From contig CBDAOB010000004.1 in the NCBI GenBank assembly GCA_965197905.1, positions 768,001 to 832,000 of the forward strand: 64,000 nucleotides of DNA, in the 5' to 3' direction. Position numbers and translations under genes: made by a program. This document shows positions 1 to 8,935 of this stretch, piece after piece. Each line of letters starts with the position of its first letter. Positions within the stretch are counted from its first letter, which is position 1. The stretch is from Candidatus Latescibacterota bacterium (GTDB taxonomy: Bacteria > Latescibacterota > UBA2968 > UBA8231). The notes beneath the pieces are model-generated. The model was not told where the DNA came from and did not search any database. It worked only from the letters and a program-made list of their open reading frames with translations.

Positions 1-89
1 TGCAGTTCCTCTGGCGGAATCATGTCGCGAACAATGACATACCCCAGCTCCATGAGCTGCTCTCGCTGCGCTTCGATGGTTGCTGTCAT
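1..89 (-). CDS. N-terminus of probable phytanoyl-CoA dioxygenase (PhyH) family protein, runs off window
   Basis: Manual translation MTATIEAQREQLMELGYVIVRDMIPPEEL after an AGGGAG RBS; typical PhyH N-terminal GYxIVRD motif. Confidence 0.6.
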   Translation of the reverse strand, partial: MTATIEAQREQLMELGYVIVRDMIPPEEL

Positions 90-100
90 GGTTTCTCCCT

Positions 101-937
101 TCAGACTGTTATATCCGCAAGAATCTCCAAGGTCTCCTCTACGGAGACCTCGTCTGGCTCGCCGGCGTGCTCAAGATACTTTCGCGTCTTTCCGTTGAGA
201 ACACCATAGAATCCGCGAACCTCCTCATCCGGATGATCCCTCCAGAGCTCCGTTGGTATGTAGGACACTTCGCTCAGGTGGTCGCGACGGCGATGACCGT
301 AATAGATCTGCACTGATTTTCGTTCGTGCGGGGTCGGCCTCACGGTGACCGTGTGTAAGCTGGAGGCGTCGAAGAGAATCGCAGTGCCGGCGCAACCGTA
401 GACATCGTGAATGCCGCCGCGGGCCAGCTGTGCTTCCGCGTCCAGCAGTTCCTCATCCGCCGCTTCGGGCGAGATGGCGAAGCTATGGGTCTCTTCGTTA
501 ACGTCGGTCAGGTAGACCATCAGCTGGACATAGCCCAGACGCAGCGGGTGTTCCGGCCAAATGAAACGCCCGCCGCCGTCGCGGTGCCAGCGATGCCCAA
601 CCGATCCCTCCCATGAGGTTATTCCTTTGATCGGTTCGCCGTCGTAGGCCGCCATGTGCCGCAGACTGATCTCCGAGAAACAGACCTCGCCGTCGAACAG
701 CAGCTGGAGGTGCTTCAGGACCGTCGGGTGGCGAATGATCTCGTCGAATTCGGGCGCTGTCAGCAGTTGGTGGCAATGGGAGCTTTGCCAGATAACGTTA
801 CTCCTCCAGAAGCGGTCGTACTGGCTGCGATTCCGATCGAAGAGCTCGGCAAAACGGGTCACCTCGTCATCGTTCAAGAGCTTGCCAAGCGTCAGGTAGC
901 CGTTCTCTTTGAAAAAATCGTACTCTTCCTTGCCGAT
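101..937 (-). CDS. PhyH-family Fe(II)/2-oxoglutarate dioxygenase
   Basis: FFKENGYL N-terminus, WHRD (HxD) motif and distal SLH; coding part of ORF 101..1258; start uncertain (ATC 6 nt after AGGAG). Confidence 0.8.
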   Translation of the reverse strand: MGKEEYDFFKENGYLTLGKLLNDDEVTRFAELFDRNRSQYDRFWRSNVIWQSSHCHQLLTAPEFDEIIRHPTVLKHLQLLFDGEVCFSEISLRHMAAYDGEPIKGITSWEGSVGHRWHRDGGGRFIWPEHPLRLGYVQLMVYLTDVNEETHSFAISPEAADEELLDAEAQLARGGIHDVYGCAGTAILFDASSLHTVTVRPTPHERKSVQIYYGHRRRDHLSEVSYIPTELWRDHPDEEVRGFYGVLNGKTRKYLEHAGEPDEVSVEETLEILADITV

Positions 938-947
938 CGCGAGCTCC

Positions 948-2015
948 TTATACCTGCTCCTCGACGCCGGACGCGGTCGACCGGTAAGCCGCATCCAGAA
1001 GCTCGATCGTGCGTTTGCCGGCCCATCCCGGCGAGAGATTCTCTGCGGTTTTTCCCAGGATGAGATCGACGAAATTGTGGGGCGGCCCGGCGCCATCGTA
1101 GCTACCGGAATCAGGTTCGACCTCCGCCACCACGTGGCTGCAATCGTAGCGCCGCAGCTCCATGCGCTCACGCTCGAAATCCACCAGCAACATGCCCTCC
1201 GGCCCGAACAGGCGAATGTCCACGTGGGAACGGCATTTGTGCGGCACGGACCCGGCACCGCTGACCGTGCCGATGGCGCCGTTGGCGAAACGCACCGTGA
1301 TGGCGTCGTAGATGTCCACCTTCGAACCCGGGGCTGTCATCAAGCTGAATACACTCGTGGGTTGGAGGTCGCTGAGCCAGAACATCAAGCCCAGCGCATG
1401 GGTCAGCTGGCCGTAACCGTAACCGCCAGCGGCGACCTTGGGATCAGCCCATGTGGAGCTGGCCGGTTGGAACAGGGCATCGGTCCAGGTACCTTTCTTA
1501 GTTCTACCTTCACCGGACAACAGGCTGCGCGTCCCGGATGCCATATGGCAGAGGACATATTCGATGAGACCGAGCTGTCCATCATCGATTAGTTTTTTGG
1601 CCTGCTTGACGAACGGCGCATAGTTCCAGCCATAGACGACCAAGATATGCAGATTCCCCGCATCGGCCGTATCGACGAGCCTCCTTGCTTCGTCAGCATC
1701 GGTGGTCATCGGCTTTTCAACCAGTACATGCAGACCCCGTTCGAGGGCGGCGTTGGCATGTTCGAAGTGTGTGGTGTGCGGTGACGCGACAACGACGGCG
1801 TCCAGCTCGCAGTTGTCCAGGAGGTCGAGGTAATCTTCGGTCGCATAAGCAAAACCGTAGGTATCCTTGACCTGTCGCAGCTCGTCTTTTCCCAGTCGGC
1901 ATACACCGACGAACTCGACGTCGTCGCGTTGAGAGAGCACGGGCATGTGATTGGCCGTTGCCCACCAGCCGGCCCCGATGAAACCCATCCGCACTTTGTT
2001 GTTCGAGCTACTCAT
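948..2015 (-). CDS. Gfo/Idh/MocA family oxidoreductase
   Basis: GFIGAG Rossmann motif, HVLVEKPM motif. Confidence 0.9.
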   Translation of the reverse strand: MSSSNNKVRMGFIGAGWWATANHMPVLSQRDDVEFVGVCRLGKDELRQVKDTYGFAYATEDYLDLLDNCELDAVVVASPHTTHFEHANAALERGLHVLVEKPMTTDADEARRLVDTADAGNLHILVVYGWNYAPFVKQAKKLIDDGQLGLIEYVLCHMASGTRSLLSGEGRTKKGTWTDALFQPASSTWADPKVAAGGYGYGQLTHALGLMFWLSDLQPTSVFSLMTAPGSKVDIYDAITVRFANGAIGTVSGAGSVPHKCRSHVDIRLFGPEGMLLVDFERERMELRRYDCSHVVAEVEPDSGSYDGAGPPHNFVDLILGKTAENLSPGWAGKRTIELLDAAYRSTASGVEEQV

Positions 2016-2131
2016 TCGTGTCGCCCATTGTTCCCGTGAAAACACGCCGAAACGGCGGCCAACTTAGCAAGCCAGCCGCCGCAATCTCAAACAGCAACCT
2101 TCGATGCTGTAAACAACACTATATTGTGCTC

Positions 2132-4003
2132 ATGGCAATATTCAAATTCGGGACGACGGAGCCGTCGCTCCTCCATTGGCAGCCTTGGTTGAGTGTCTGT
2201 TTGCTCCTGGGCTGGGGACAGACCTACGCGGATCTGGTTCTGATCGAAGACGGACAGCCGCGCAGCACTATTGTGGTTGATGCGGAGCGCTCTGAAAAGG
2301 AGCATCTGGCCGCAACCGAACTCCAGAATTATCTGGCGAGGATTACCGGCGCACAGGTGCCGAGTACTCACGACACGAATAGGATGGACGGCCCGCGTAT
2401 CCTGGTTGGACGCAGCGCGGCGGCGGACGCGCTTTCGTTGGAGGTAGCTGAGCTTGGAAGGGACGGGTATCTGATCCAGGTGGTTGGACCAGACCTGGTG
2501 CTCCGCGGCAAGACCGAACAGGGCACCCTGAACGCGGTTTACGCCTTCCTCGAGAATCACCTGGACGTGCGCTGGTTCATGCCTGGCGAGCTGGGCGAGG
2601 ATATCATACCACGCTCGACCGTCCGCCTCGCCGGTGATCTGCGCGAGACGCGCACCCCCGATTTTATGGCACTCTACGGACTCAAGTGGTCCGGACACAG
2701 CTCGGGAGCTCCGGCCTGGGAACGGCGAAACCGGGCGTGGCTGGGACCCCCACGCTACTTCTTCGAACACTCCTTCCATTTCATCATCCTGGAGACAGAC
2801 AAGGAACGCGAGGCCCATCCCGACTGGTTCGCCCGCGACATCCACGGCAAACACAAACGCTCGGGCCAGCTCTGCACCACAAACCCCGAGGTCGTCCAGG
2901 TCGCCATCGACAAAGCAGTAGAGTACTTCGCCAAGCGCCCGGAGGCTGCCACCTTCGGCCTGGCGCCGGAAGACGGAAGTGGCAGCAGCTTCTGCGAGTG
3001 CGACCGCTGCCTGGCCCTGGATGCGAAACTGGGAATTAGCGACGGAACCATAACCGATCGACTGATGGTGTTCTGCAACCAGGTGGCTCAGGGGCTGCGG
3101 CAGATCGACTCCGAGAAGTACGGGGAGAAATATCTGGGGTTTCTCGCTTATCAGAACTACACCACCCCACCGCAGAAGGTAGTACCGGACGAGATGATCC
3201 TGGTCGTGATCACCCACATGCATTGGGATTTCTGCGACACCCATCCGCTGGAGAATCCCGACTGCAGACCCAACGCCCAGTTCCTGGAGTGGCTCGAGGG
3301 GTGGCTGGCGGCAAGCCAGCATGTGGGGGTCTACGACTACTTTGGTCACAACGAGTTCTACGTACCCTGGCCTCTGTGGAACACAACCATCCCCCAGCAT
3401 ATCCGCACCTACAAGCGGCTTGGTGTGGAATCCCTCATCGTCGAGTCGCAACAGAACTGGGCGAATCAGGGGATGAATTTCTACGTCACCGCCAAACTGG
3501 CGTGGAGTGTTGACCGCGACATGGAAGGGTTATGGTCCGACTTCTACGAACGCTTCTACGGGCCGGCAGAAAAACCGATGCGGCGCTACTGGACCCGCTG
3601 GGAGCGGGCGATGGTGGAAAGCAATGGTCATCAGTGGGACTGGATCAAGGCATATACCCCGGCTGTGATCACGGAATGCCGCCGATATCTGGAGGATGCG
3701 TGGCACTCCGTCGAACAGGCGGAGGGCAGCCAGGACTACGAGACAACCAGGTTGGAGAAGGTGCGGGGCCGGCTGCGGCTGGCCGAGGAGGGGTTCAGAC
3801 ACACCGACATGTGGTACCAGATGCGCCGGGCGAAGGAGGCGAAGCAGTGGGCGACAGCCATCGGGCTAGCCGAGGAGGTGATTGCTCACATCGAATCGAC
3901 CAAAGGCTCAGAGCCACAGGTCTTCATCGAGTGGCTCGCGTTGCGGCACATCTTCGAACAGGAGATGGCGATACTCAAGAAGCGGATGCAGGCGGAGCGC
4001 TGA
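2132..4003 (+). CDS. Secreted DUF4838-domain protein (GH20/GH67-like N-terminal domain)
   Basis: Hydrophobic signal-like segment, AATELQNYL, GTLNAVYAFLE-VRWFMPG, HSF, QLCTTNPEV, CECDRC, LAYQNY motifs. Confidence 0.75.
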   Translation: MAIFKFGTTEPSLLHWQPWLSVCLLLGWGQTYADLVLIEDGQPRSTIVVDAERSEKEHLAATELQNYLARITGAQVPSTHDTNRMDGPRILVGRSAAADALSLEVAELGRDGYLIQVVGPDLVLRGKTEQGTLNAVYAFLENHLDVRWFMPGELGEDIIPRSTVRLAGDLRETRTPDFMALYGLKWSGHSSGAPAWERRNRAWLGPPRYFFEHSFHFIILETDKEREAHPDWFARDIHGKHKRSGQLCTTNPEVVQVAIDKAVEYFAKRPEAATFGLAPEDGSGSSFCECDRCLALDAKLGISDGTITDRLMVFCNQVAQGLRQIDSEKYGEKYLGFLAYQNYTTPPQKVVPDEMILVVITHMHWDFCDTHPLENPDCRPNAQFLEWLEGWLAASQHVGVYDYFGHNEFYVPWPLWNTTIPQHIRTYKRLGVESLIVESQQNWANQGMNFYVTAKLAWSVDRDMEGLWSDFYERFYGPAEKPMRRYWTRWERAMVESNGHQWDWIKAYTPAVITECRRYLEDAWHSVEQAEGSQDYETTRLEKVRGRLRLAEEGFRHTDMWYQMRRAKEAKQWATAIGLAEEVIAHIESTKGSEPQVFIEWLALRHIFEQEMAILKKRMQAER

Positions 4004-4019
4004 GATTCGTTGGTATTCC

Positions 4020-6083
4020 TCAACCCACGACGAGTGCCGGTTTCCGCGTCTCACGCAAACGATCGACGGCTCGCGTCTCTTCATCGGGATTCAACCGACA
4101 GCTCGTTCCCGCCGCCAGATCGTAGACCGTGAGCTCCCCGTGGAGATTAATCTTATCGAGGCTCTCGATCTCTCCCGAACCCCCGCGACCGGACGAGAGC
4201 AACCAGATCCGCTTCGTCGTGCTCTGCAACTCCACGATGCCCGATGGCGTATCGCCGGTTATCTGGTAGGTCTGTTCGTCCGCGAAAAGGATCGTGTTCA
4301 AACATCGCAGCGCATGAAAGACCGGCCTGGGGTTGGAAAGTCGATCCAGCAAACCGTAGTTGATGTCACTGGCGCGATCCACATCCACTAACGGATCGAA
4401 GAATAGCCGGCACCCGGCTCCGGTTGCCGCCCCCACCAGCGCCTCTACGGCTCGACTCAACTGAGCTTCTTCATCGACGCCGGCAAGCGGAACCACCAGG
4501 TCGATGCCCTCTATCTGACTCAACGGCAGGAGCTCGATGAATTCCAGAATCGTCTCCCATGTCGGCTCGGTGGCGTCGACATGACAGAGAACGCGATCCA
4601 TGCGTAACCCGGCTTCAGCCAGCGTTTCGTTGCAGGTAGAAAGCTCCCTGCTGCGATAGCCGATGCGGGTGCGCGGATGGAAATATCCGGGGGCCTTCTC
4701 CTGGGCCATCAACGGAGCCAGCGTAATCGGAATCCCGGTCTGCCGGCGACACTCGGCGATGGCGTTCAGGCAGGGCTCGTCAGGCCGCAGCGCTCCAGCC
4801 ACCTGAACTTCCAATGCGTCGATCTGATTTCGAAAGGCTGCTGCCCGCTCCTTCAGATCGAGGCCATCCTGCCAAAGACAGACCGCCGTCAGGTCGATTC
4901 CCATCTCCCGGACGAGTTGCAGCCGCCGGCGCTGTACCTCGTCTTCCAGATCGGACACGGGAAAGCGCAGGTGACGTATCCCCAGTTCCAGGCAGGCCAG
5001 GAAGGGGTAATCGTCGCGCACCTTCTGGCGCACCATGTCGGGCCATGCCTGCACGCCAGGCGTAGTTGGAGCGAATGGCAAACGGAGATTCACCCCCAAG
5101 GGTGAATTCTGCAGATCGTGAGAAAGACGGGTAAGCGATCGAGGAAATGTCTGCGCGGCGCCGTTGCCGTCTTCGAGCGTTTCCGTTTCACCGTTTGTGC
5201 GAATCAGATGTATGTCCACCCCGCTCCCACAGACCCTAGCCAGGTAGAAACCAAGCTTGTCCAGATCGTTCTTGCCCCGGTGATCGGGCAGGACCGGAAA
5301 CACCTCGTTGAAGCCCGGTCGCGAGGTGGTCGTCGACGGCACGATGAAGAATCGCGTTTCACCGATGCGGTTGTAGGCAGCAAAATGGGTGTGACCTGAA
5401 CAGAGCAGCTCCACCCTGTATTTCCGCATCAGCTTCAACAGCCAGGCTCGAGGCGCTTCGTCGAGGCAGTTGTAGGAGCCGAACCCCGGTTCGTTTTCAT
5501 CGACGAAGAAAGGTGGCAGGTGAAGGAAGAGGAAGATTCGTTTGCCGGCGTTGTATGCAAGATCCTGTTCGAACCATTCCGCTTGTTCTTCCGCCTCGGG
5601 TAATGGCCCGCCCATGATCTGGGTGTTCAGCCCGATGCAGTGCACGTCTTCGTAGTCGAAGCTGAACCAGGATTGACCGAACTGTTCGTGCCATTCCGCC
5701 AGGTCCTGGGGTTGGACCCAGGGTGCCGGCACCGTGAGATTCGGTTTGTCACCGATATCCATATTGCCGGGAATGTGATGGGGTTGCAGTTCATGTCGCC
5801 TGATCTGCGCGCGCGCTTCCTGGCGCGATTCGGCGAAGTCGTCGGTACCGGGAAACTCCTGCGCCAGATCTCCGAGGTGAATGACGAACGCAGGTTCGAG
5901 TGCGGCGGCCAACTGAAAGGCGCGTTCGGCGCGGGCCGGCCACTCGCGGGTGTAACGGAGGTCCTGAGAGTCGGAGCCGGAGGCGTAGATCTCCGGATCG
6001 CGGATGTAGTGGGTATCGCCGATGATGACGAACTCGAACTCGGCCGGCGGCAGGAGCGTGCGATCGAAGAGGGGTACGCTCAT
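4020..6083 (-). CDS. Calcineurin-like metallophosphoesterase with long C-terminal extension
   Basis: GDTH, HLGDL, GNMD, FLH, SGHTH motifs. Confidence 0.8.
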   Translation of the reverse strand: MSVPLFDRTLLPPAEFEFVIIGDTHYIRDPEIYASGSDSQDLRYTREWPARAERAFQLAAALEPAFVIHLGDLAQEFPGTDDFAESRQEARAQIRRHELQPHHIPGNMDIGDKPNLTVPAPWVQPQDLAEWHEQFGQSWFSFDYEDVHCIGLNTQIMGGPLPEAEEQAEWFEQDLAYNAGKRIFLFLHLPPFFVDENEPGFGSYNCLDEAPRAWLLKLMRKYRVELLCSGHTHFAAYNRIGETRFFIVPSTTTSRPGFNEVFPVLPDHRGKNDLDKLGFYLARVCGSGVDIHLIRTNGETETLEDGNGAAQTFPRSLTRLSHDLQNSPLGVNLRLPFAPTTPGVQAWPDMVRQKVRDDYPFLACLELGIRHLRFPVSDLEDEVQRRRLQLVREMGIDLTAVCLWQDGLDLKERAAAFRNQIDALEVQVAGALRPDEPCLNAIAECRRQTGIPITLAPLMAQEKAPGYFHPRTRIGYRSRELSTCNETLAEAGLRMDRVLCHVDATEPTWETILEFIELLPLSQIEGIDLVVPLAGVDEEAQLSRAVEALVGAATGAGCRLFFDPLVDVDRASDINYGLLDRLSNPRPVFHALRCLNTILFADEQTYQITGDTPSGIVELQSTTKRIWLLSSGRGGSGEIESLDKINLHGELTVYDLAAGTSCRLNPDEETRAVDRLRETRKPALVVG

Positions 6084-6838
6084 CAGCGCATTACCCGGCC
6101 ACCCAGGATATCAAAGGTCGCACCGGTGGCGTAACTGTTTTCATCACCGCACAGCCAGACCACCATCTTCGCCACCTCCATCGGGTCGGAGGTCCGCCCC
6201 AAGGGGATCTGCTTGTTGATCTCTGCCACCACTTCGGGTGGCGTGCCTTCTTCGCGCATCCGCGTGCGCATGCCCCCCGGACAGACCGCGTTGACCAGAA
6301 TCCCCTTCGGACCTGCGTGCTGGGCAAACATCTTGGTGAACACCGACACCGCTCCCTTGCTGGCTTCGTACGGCGCGGAGGTCATGTTGTGCCCGCCAGT
6401 GTAAACCCCGCTACTGGTCATGTTGACGACGCGACCCCAGGAGCGTTTCTCCATATCCCGGATAGCCGCGCGCATGAGAAAAAAGGGCGCGCGTGCGTTG
6501 GTGTGAAAGATCTCATCGAACGAGTCGGCGGTCACGTCATCCAGCTCTCGGCGCGCAAGAATCGCCGCTGAGTTTACCAGGATATCAACCCGCCCCAAAC
6601 GTTCGACGGTTTCTCCAACCACTCGCCCGCATTCTTCAACCTGGCTCAGATCGGCGACCAGCTGCTCGACAGCACCGTCGCTCTTGCCGAGCTCGCCGAC
6701 GATCGCGGCCAGGTCATCTTCTCGATTATCCACCAAGGCCAGGTCGTGGCCGCTGGAGGCCAATAGCCTGGCCACAGCCGCGCCGAGGCCGCCGGCCGCG
6801 CCGGTGACAATCGCCACTCGTCTTTGGTGTTGAGCCAT
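6083..6838 (-). CDS. Short-chain dehydrogenase/reductase (SDR)
   Basis: TGAAGGLG, YEASK catalytic motif, VNAVCPG. Confidence 0.92.
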   Translation of the reverse strand: MAQHQRRVAIVTGAAGGLGAAVARLLASSGHDLALVDNREDDLAAIVGELGKSDGAVEQLVADLSQVEECGRVVGETVERLGRVDILVNSAAILARRELDDVTADSFDEIFHTNARAPFFLMRAAIRDMEKRSWGRVVNMTSSGVYTGGHNMTSAPYEASKGAVSVFTKMFAQHAGPKGILVNAVCPGGMRTRMREEGTPPEVVAEINKQIPLGRTSDPMEVAKMVVWLCGDENSYATGATFDILGGRVMR

Positions 6839-6884
6839 GTCTGTTTGCCTTGAAGACCGCTTCGCCGTTCGGATTGCCGCCGAA

Positions 6885-8414
6885 TCACCCGTCCTTCTGA
6901 GTCTGGATCCAACCCCAGAACATATTGTCGCGCTGGTTGCCTTCAGCCAGATAAGCTGTCTTCAAACGAGAAAGCTCGTCACCCTGGTAGTTTGCGACCG
7001 GACAACCTTCGGCGTCCAACTCGATGCCGTACTGACCGGCAGCGTTGATACCGAATATCGCGCGTTTGACCGGACCGTCGGGCGGGCCCAGCGGCTCGAG
7101 GTCGTGTTTCTCCTGCACGGCTTCCGGGACCTCGATGCGACGGAAAGCCTCGATCTGCCACTGCGGCGAGCCGAACCAGATCGAGTCGGTCCCCCAGAGC
7201 ACGTGATCGGCGCCCAAACCTTTGATCAGGCGGGCCACCATAACCGCGGCCAGTCTGGGATAGGTGATCGCCAATGCGCCGAAGGAGAGTCCAATGTCAG
7301 CGTAGACATTCGAGACGCCAAACTGTTCGGGGATCGCGGCCAACTCGTCGATCCACTCCAAACGGCCGGTCTGCTCGAAGGCAGCGCTCACCTTCTCCCC
7401 ATCACGCCACATCTTCAAACCGGCGTGGTAGATGTGGAAGTTGAGGTCGGGCCAATCGTGAGCCGCCTTGCCGACATCCTCAACACTGGCGTAGCGCCAG
7501 TTGGGGATCTTCTCGTAATCAACCGGCAACACGCCTTTGTGAATACAGACATTCCGCACGCCGAATCTGCGCGCCTTCTCATAGGTCGGGTAGGCCACCT
7601 CCTCGTCATCCATGCGCCACGACCCTTCGAACGAGGGGTCGGCTCCCAGAACGTCACCGGTAGTATACCCTTTCCACGAATCTACCTTCAGTTCCGTGGC
7701 GGCGTGGTCCATCGATTCCAGGTATTCCGGGAAGGGAGGCCAGATGGCACCGTGCGCAAACATCCGCTGCGTGCCGGATAGTCGGTTGACCAGGTTGCGC
7801 GTGGCGACCATCTGATCGTCCGACAACAGAATCTTGTAGGGATCTACTGACGGCGAGGTGCTCAAGAGGGCGATGGTGGTGTCGCTATCGAAGAACATGT
7901 CTTTCAGGTAGTAGTCGAACTTGTAGTACTTCAGGTCGAGCTCCTGCTTGACGAGCTCGGGGTTCCAGGGGGTGTCTCCGTAGACATCGCCGCGGGCGGC
8001 GGCACGCAACCACAGGTGTCCTTCCCAGCTGTAGTCATCGCGAACGTGGTGGGTGTGCACGTCGAAGATGAACTGGCCCTTGGTTTCCTCGTGCCGTTCG
8101 ACGGCCGCTTCCCGATCTTCGGCCTCGACCACATCGACGTCGTAGACCTCGCCGAAAACCTGGTTCATGGCCAGAAAAGCGACGGCCATGCCGCTGGGCG
8201 AACGCAGGTAGGGGTGACGGTCGATACACTGACGATGGGCGAACCGCTCCGCCTTCTCATGGATCAGCGACTCAACCTGGGCTTGCTGCCGTGTCTGCTT
8301 CGGCGGCAGACACTCGCCGCTCGAGACCACCTGGGTGGGAACCGGACATTCCACCTTCTTCTCGAACCCCCGTTGCAGGTGCCGAAGCTGCTCATCACTC
8401 AGCCACATGGACAT
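6885..8414 (-). CDS. Amidohydrolase family protein (Amidohydro_2-like)
   Basis: FDVHTHH, CIHKG, IYHAG, LWGTDS motifs. Confidence 0.85.
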   Translation of the reverse strand: MSMWLSDEQLRHLQRGFEKKVECPVPTQVVSSGECLPPKQTRQQAQVESLIHEKAERFAHRQCIDRHPYLRSPSGMAVAFLAMNQVFGEVYDVDVVEAEDREAAVERHEETKGQFIFDVHTHHVRDDYSWEGHLWLRAAARGDVYGDTPWNPELVKQELDLKYYKFDYYLKDMFFDSDTTIALLSTSPSVDPYKILLSDDQMVATRNLVNRLSGTQRMFAHGAIWPPFPEYLESMDHAATELKVDSWKGYTTGDVLGADPSFEGSWRMDDEEVAYPTYEKARRFGVRNVCIHKGVLPVDYEKIPNWRYASVEDVGKAAHDWPDLNFHIYHAGLKMWRDGEKVSAAFEQTGRLEWIDELAAIPEQFGVSNVYADIGLSFGALAITYPRLAAVMVARLIKGLGADHVLWGTDSIWFGSPQWQIEAFRRIEVPEAVQEKHDLEPLGPPDGPVKRAIFGINAAGQYGIELDAEGCPVANYQGDELSRLKTAYLAEGNQRDNMFWGWIQTQKDG

Positions 8415-8438
8415 GGTAGATCTCTCATCCAGTTCAGT

Positions 8439-8783
8439 TTAACAGACCGGGCAGCGAACGGCGTCACTTCCATCTGGTTTCGGATGCGCCTCGTTGTCGA
8501 GCTTTCCTTCGGGGCCACCCAGCTCATGCCACATCTCGCATTGCCGCTCGTGCGCCGCGTCCTTTGACTCGACATACTCGAAACAGAAGACGCGATAGTC
8601 GGAGTCGAGCCATCGTCTCAAACTCTGCGCCAGGTCCTCGTCGCCGGTGCGGCCGACAAACCCCCGGTAATAGGCATACTCTGGTACCTCTTCGATTCGG
8701 CGCAAGAGAAAAACGGCGGCGTCCGCGCGTTTGACGACGGCGTCGATTACCGGGTCCGCCAGCTGAAACGGTCCTTCCATCAT
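8439..8783 (-). CDS. Small GIY-YIG-like protein with C-terminal CPVC, catalytic residues apparently degenerate
   Basis: AVFLL...FVGRT-DL...F-FEY...QCEMWH...N-HP...CPVC pattern. Confidence 0.45.
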   Translation of the reverse strand: MMEGPFQLADPVIDAVVKRADAAVFLLRRIEEVPEYAYYRGFVGRTGDEDLAQSLRRWLDSDYRVFCFEYVESKDAAHERQCEMWHELGGPEGKLDNEAHPKPDGSDAVRCPVC

Positions 8784-8935
8784 GACAATATGTCACATGT
8801 CACATATACTGACAAAACGAGTCATCGAGACGTACAAGAGAGGTTTTGAGAGAATGATGATGCTTTCTATCCTCTGTTGTGGCGGACGAATATCAGGAAG
8901 AAGCGGACTAGACCTGTTCGCAGAAAGGGAAAGTG

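Noticed and set aside
2087..3451. Long antisense ORFs (also 14042..15691, 33882..35465, 42826..43935, 59357..60562)
   Set aside because: Shadows of well-supported genes on the opposite strand in high-GC DNA; no recognisable motifs
8150..8240. Tat signal in the amidohydrolase (IDRHPYLRSPSGMAVAFLAM)
   Set aside because: No twin arginine and located ~60 residues from the N-terminus
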